The notes beneath the pieces are model-generated. The model was given only the letters and a program-made list of their open reading frames with translations, was not told where the DNA came from and did not search any database. From contig DPOH01000325.1 in the NCBI GenBank assembly GCA_003539755.1, forward strand, positions 1 through 53,314: a stretch of 53,314 nucleotides of DNA, read 5' to 3'. The stretch is from Clostridium sp. Its GTDB lineage: Bacteria; Bacillota; Clostridia; Clostridiales; Clostridiaceae. This document shows positions 49,813 to 53,314 of this stretch, in pieces. The position numbers and the translations under genes were made by a program. Within the stretch, counting starts at the first letter, position 1, and every line of letters starts with the position of its first letter.

Positions 49813-52008
49813 ATGAGTATTAAATATTTTGAGAAAAATAGAGTTTTTAAATTAGATGCTAATAATACAACATATATGATAGCTATAGTAGATAAAGAAA
49901 ATTTTGTTGGACATGTTTATTATGGAAAGAAAGTAATAGATAATAATTTGAATTATTTATTGAGGTTAAATGAGCCACCTTTTGTTCCATCAAAAAATAA
50001 TAGAGATAGAGTATCATTTTATGATAGTTTTTCATTTGAATATCCTACTCATGGAATTGGTGATTTTAGAGAAACAGCGTTTGAAGTGAAAGATCCAAAT
50101 GGTAATACAGCATGTAAGCTTCAATATGTATCTCATGAGATTTATAAAGGAAAGAAAAGGTTAGAGAATCTTCCTTCAACTTTTGGAAATGAAGATGAGT
50201 GTACAACTCTTGAATTAAAATGTGTAGATAATGATTTAAATTTAGAAGTTACTTTAATTTATACTGTATTTGAAAATTTAGATGCTATAACAAGAAGCGT
50301 TAAAGTAAAAAATAAGAATTATGAAAGAATAAAATTGACTAAGGTTCTATCTATGAGTATAGATTTTGATGGAATTGATTATGATATGATTTCTTTACAT
50401 GGTTCATGGGCAAGAGAGAGACATATTAATAGAAGAAAAGTAACATATGGAACTCAAACTGTAGCTTCTTTAAGGGGAGAAACAAGTCATCAGGATTCTC
50501 CATTTATAGCATTTCTAGATCATGATGCAAATGATGAGTATGGAGAAGTATTTGGATTTAATTTTGTGTATTCAGGAAACTTTATAAGTATGGTTCAAGG
50601 ATGTCAGTTTGATACTACAAGAGTTCTTATGGGAATAAATCCAAGTGATTTTGAATGGATATTAGAAGAAGGAGAAGAGTTTATTACACCAGAAGTGGTA
50701 ATGGTTCATTCAAATAAAGGAATAGGACAAATGACAAGAACATTCCATGATTTATATAGAAATCACTTAATAAGAGGAAAATTTAAAGATAAAAAAAGAC
50801 CTATTTTGATAAATAACTGGGAAGCTACTTATTTTGATTTCAATACTGAAAAATTATTAGATATAGTTAAGGAAGCTTCAAAGTGTGGAATAGAGATGCT
50901 TGTTATGGATGATGGATGGTTTGGTCACAGGAATTCAGATAATTCATCATTAGGAGACTGGTTTGTAAATGAAGAAAAGTTAAAAGGTGGACTAAAATAT
51001 CTTGTAGATGAAGTAAATAAATTAGGCCTTGAGTTTGGAATATGGATTGAACCTGAAATGATATCTCCAGATTCAGAATTGTATAAAAAGCATCCAGACT
51101 GGTGCATCCATATTGAAGGAAGGACTCCAGCATTATGTCGTGAACAATATGTACTTGATTTAACCAGAGGTGAAGTGGTTGATTATATATACAATAGCAT
51201 AAAGAAGATATTAAAAAGTGCTAATATAACTTATATAAAATGGGATATGAATAGGCAGATTACTGATCTTGGAAGCTGTTATATAGATAAGGAGCATCAT
51301 GGAGAGATATTTCATAGATATGTTCTAGCAGTTTATGAAATGATGAATAGGCTTACTACAGATTTTCCGAATATATTATTAGAAAACTGCTCAGGGGGAG
51401 GGGCTAGATTTGACCCGGCAATGCTTTATTATAGTCCTCAAATTTGGTGTTCAGATGATACTGATTCAATAGAAAGGTTAAAAATACAGGAAGGAACAGC
51501 GATGGTATATCCTTTATCTACTATGGGAGCACATGTTAGTGACTGTCCCAATCATACAGTAGGAAGGACAACACCATTTGAAACAAGAGGAAATGTTGCT
51601 CTTGCAGGTACATTTGGGTATGAACTTGATATTACTAAAATATCTGAAGAGGATCGAAATATGATATCAAAGCAAGTTGCTATGTACCATAAATATAATG
51701 ATCTAATAAGAAGAGGAGATTACTATAGAATAGCAAATTATTCTGAAAATCATGAATTTGATTGTTGGGGCGTTATATCAAAGGATAAGAGTGAAGCTCT
51801 TATTACATGTGTGCAGGTTTTAGGAAGACCTAATTATCATAGTAGAAGAATAAGGCTTAAAGGATTAGATGAAAATTCATTTTATAAGGATGAAGAAACT
51901 AGCAAAGTATATTCAGGTGGTGCTTTGATGAATGCAGGAATCAATATTAGTGGTTTATATGGAGATTTTACATCAAAGATAATGCATTTTAACAAAGTTG
52001 AAGATTAG
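49813..52008 (+). CDS. GH36 alpha-galactosidase
   Basis: NNWEATYF, VMDDGWFG, GIWIEPEM, YIKWDMNR, CSGGGARFD, WCSDDTD. Confidence 0.95.
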   Translation: MSIKYFEKNRVFKLDANNTTYMIAIVDKENFVGHVYYGKKVIDNNLNYLLRLNEPPFVPSKNNRDRVSFYDSFSFEYPTHGIGDFRETAFEVKDPNGNTACKLQYVSHEIYKGKKRLENLPSTFGNEDECTTLELKCVDNDLNLEVTLIYTVFENLDAITRSVKVKNKNYERIKLTKVLSMSIDFDGIDYDMISLHGSWARERHINRRKVTYGTQTVASLRGETSHQDSPFIAFLDHDANDEYGEVFGFNFVYSGNFISMVQGCQFDTTRVLMGINPSDFEWILEEGEEFITPEVVMVHSNKGIGQMTRTFHDLYRNHLIRGKFKDKKRPILINNWEATYFDFNTEKLLDIVKEASKCGIEMLVMDDGWFGHRNSDNSSLGDWFVNEEKLKGGLKYLVDEVNKLGLEFGIWIEPEMISPDSELYKKHPDWCIHIEGRTPALCREQYVLDLTRGEVVDYIYNSIKKILKSANITYIKWDMNRQITDLGSCYIDKEHHGEIFHRYVLAVYEMMNRLTTDFPNILLENCSGGGARFDPAMLYYSPQIWCSDDTDSIERLKIQEGTAMVYPLSTMGAHVSDCPNHTVGRTTPFETRGNVALAGTFGYELDITKISEEDRNMISKQVAMYHKYNDLIRRGDYYRIANYSENHEFDCWGVISKDKSEALITCVQVLGRPNYHSRRIRLKGLDENSFYKDEETSKVYSGGALMNAGINISGLYGDFTSKIMHFNKVED

Positions 52009-52027
52009 TATTCTGGGGGGGGACATT

Positions 52028-52171
52028 ATGATAAAGAGTTTTAATTTTATATAATGGGATTGGCCAGTTAAATCACCTAAATGTCAAGATGAAAAATATA
52101 TAGGAAACTATAGTATTAAATTTAAAAAAGCAGAAAAGTTAATATGTGATTATTTTAAAAGAGATAAGTAA
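52028..52171 (+). pseudogene. Internally deleted gene relic, C-terminus resembles GH113 beta-mannanase
   Basis: G-rich RBS, then MIKSFNFI*WDWPVKSPKCQDEKYIGNYSIKFKKAEKLICDYFKRDK*. Confidence 0.5.
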
Positions 52172-52195
52172 AAATAGTTTAGAATAAATTTAAAT

Positions 52196-52249
52196 GCTCT
52201 ATTTATTAAATACAGTTAATTATAATGATATTGTATAAATAAATAGAGC
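52196..52249. terminator. Inverted repeat between convergent genes
   Basis: GCTCTATTTATT...AATAAATAGAGC. Confidence 0.55.
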
Positions 52250-52311
52250 TATTCATTATAGATTTAATTTTTATAAGTTACTAAGGTATAAAAGTAATTG
52301 TAAAAGTTAAA

Positions 52312-53314
52312 TTAATTATTATTAATTATGTAGGGAAGAGTAATTGATATAGATGTTCCTTTATCTTTTACGCTGCATACTTCGAGTCCATATTCATTTC
52401 CATAGTTAAGTTTAAGACGCTTATTTATATTTCTAAGTGCTATTCCTTTAAAAGCTTCATTTTTTCCATTAATATAATCATTTAGTGATTTAAGTGTTTT
52501 TTCATCCATTCCAATACCGTTGTCAGATATTGTTAAAATGAGATTACCATCAATAACGAAGGATTGTATAATTATTTTACCATTTTCAGAGCATTCACTT
52601 AATCCATGATTAATAGAATTTTCAATGAGAGGTTGAATTATCATTTTTATTATTTCACAGTTTAATACATCTTCAGAAATTAAATTTGTTATAGTAAATA
52701 AATCATCAAATCGTATTTTTTGAAGATAAATATAATTATCAATAATAGCAATTTCATCTTTAAGTTTTACTGTATTTATTTTTCTATTCATACTATATCG
52801 TATAATAGCACCAAAGTACTCTGCCATAATTGATGTTTCATAGTCGTCATTTATTTCAGCCATCATATGAATTGATTCTAATGTATTATATATGAAATGA
52901 GGATTGATTTGATTTTGTAATTGCTTTAATTCTAATTCTTTTTGTTCTATTTTAGTTTTGTAATTTATATTTATTAAATCATTAATTCTACTTTTCATTT
53001 TATTATATGAATTAATTAGTATACCAATTTCATCATTTTTATTATATAAAAATTTATAGGATAAGTTGTATTCTATGTTTGCTCCCATATTTTCTATTAA
53101 TGAGTTAATAGGATTGAAGATTCTCTTTAAATAGAATATATATATTACTATAAATAATAATAATCCAAATGTTATGCTACTAAAAAAAGAAAATAAATAT
53201 AAGTTATTTATACGATAAGCATTGGATTTTGGAATTGAATTAATTAATACTAAGTCAGATGATACTTTATTATAACAAATAATAAGGTTTAAATAATCAG
53301 TTACGTATTCAATA
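52312..53314 (-). CDS. YesM/LytS-type sensor histidine kinase, 5'-truncated by the window
   Basis: QINPHFIYNTLESI, QPLIENSINHG, DNGIG; the frame stays open past 53088 to the window edge through a TM helix and HAMP start (RIFNPINSL). Confidence 0.9.
   Translation of the reverse strand, partial: IEYVTDYLNLIICYNKVSSDLVLINSIPKSNAYRINNLYLFSFFSSITFGLLLFIVIYIFYLKRIFNPINSLIENMGANIEYNLSYKFLYNKNDEIGILINSYNKMKSRINDLININYKTKIEQKELELKQLQNQINPHFIYNTLESIHMMAEINDDYETSIMAEYFGAIIRYSMNRKINTVKLKDEIAIIDNYIYLQKIRFDDLFTITNLISEDVLNCEIIKMIIQPLIENSINHGLSECSENGKIIIQSFVIDGNLILTISDNGIGMDEKTLKSLNDYINGKNEAFKGIALRNINKRLKLNYGNEYGLEVCSVKDKGTSISITLPYIINNN

Noticed and set aside
1844-51133. Short ORFs overlapping or antisense to recognised genes (e.g. 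3424-3786, 8436-8891, 12972-13283, 27147-27566, 33721-34218, 48620-49057)
   Set aside because: Shadow frames of well-supported genes with no recognisable motifs.
1-53314. Prophage, IS, integron, tRNA or rRNA genes
   Set aside because: No integrase, transposase, phage structural genes or RNA-gene signatures were recognised by eye.

Overview
AT-rich chromosomal segment from a low-GC Firmicute, most likely Clostridium sensu stricto (inferred from gene content and protein similarity). In order it carries: a GAF-GGDEF diguanylate cyclase, tyrS, a FliK-like/FlhB-C-like pair and a metallophosphoesterase; a xylose-xylan locus (xylB, ROK repressor xylR with two visible operators, transaldolase, DUF4867, fucose/arabinose-isomerase-family xylA-II, CE4 deacetylase, oligosaccharide ABC binding protein and two permeases, GH8 Rex-like, GH43 and a secreted CBM22-GH10-CBM9-CBM9 xylanase); DUF2225 and a small alarmone synthetase; a 22-aa-repeat protein / AAA ATPase / HExxH-vWA / membrane protein cluster; HesB-like, methyltransferase-like, nitroreductase, PucR regulator and Fe-S flavoenzyme genes; T-box-controlled leuS; cls; a ten-gene shikimate/Phe/Tyr cluster with two DAHP synthases; GH36; a relic of a probable GH113 gene; and a YesM-type kinase cut by the window edge. 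No rRNA, tRNA, CRISPR array or transposase was recognised. The most striking feature absent from the ORF track is a 45-codon leader ORF upstream of the aro operon with 8 Phe, 3 Tyr and 1 Trp in 20 codons, followed by mutually exclusive antiterminator and terminator pairings: a candidate ribosome-mediated attenuator sensing all three aromatic amino acids. The first ~60 bases resemble a degraded Nextera adapter.
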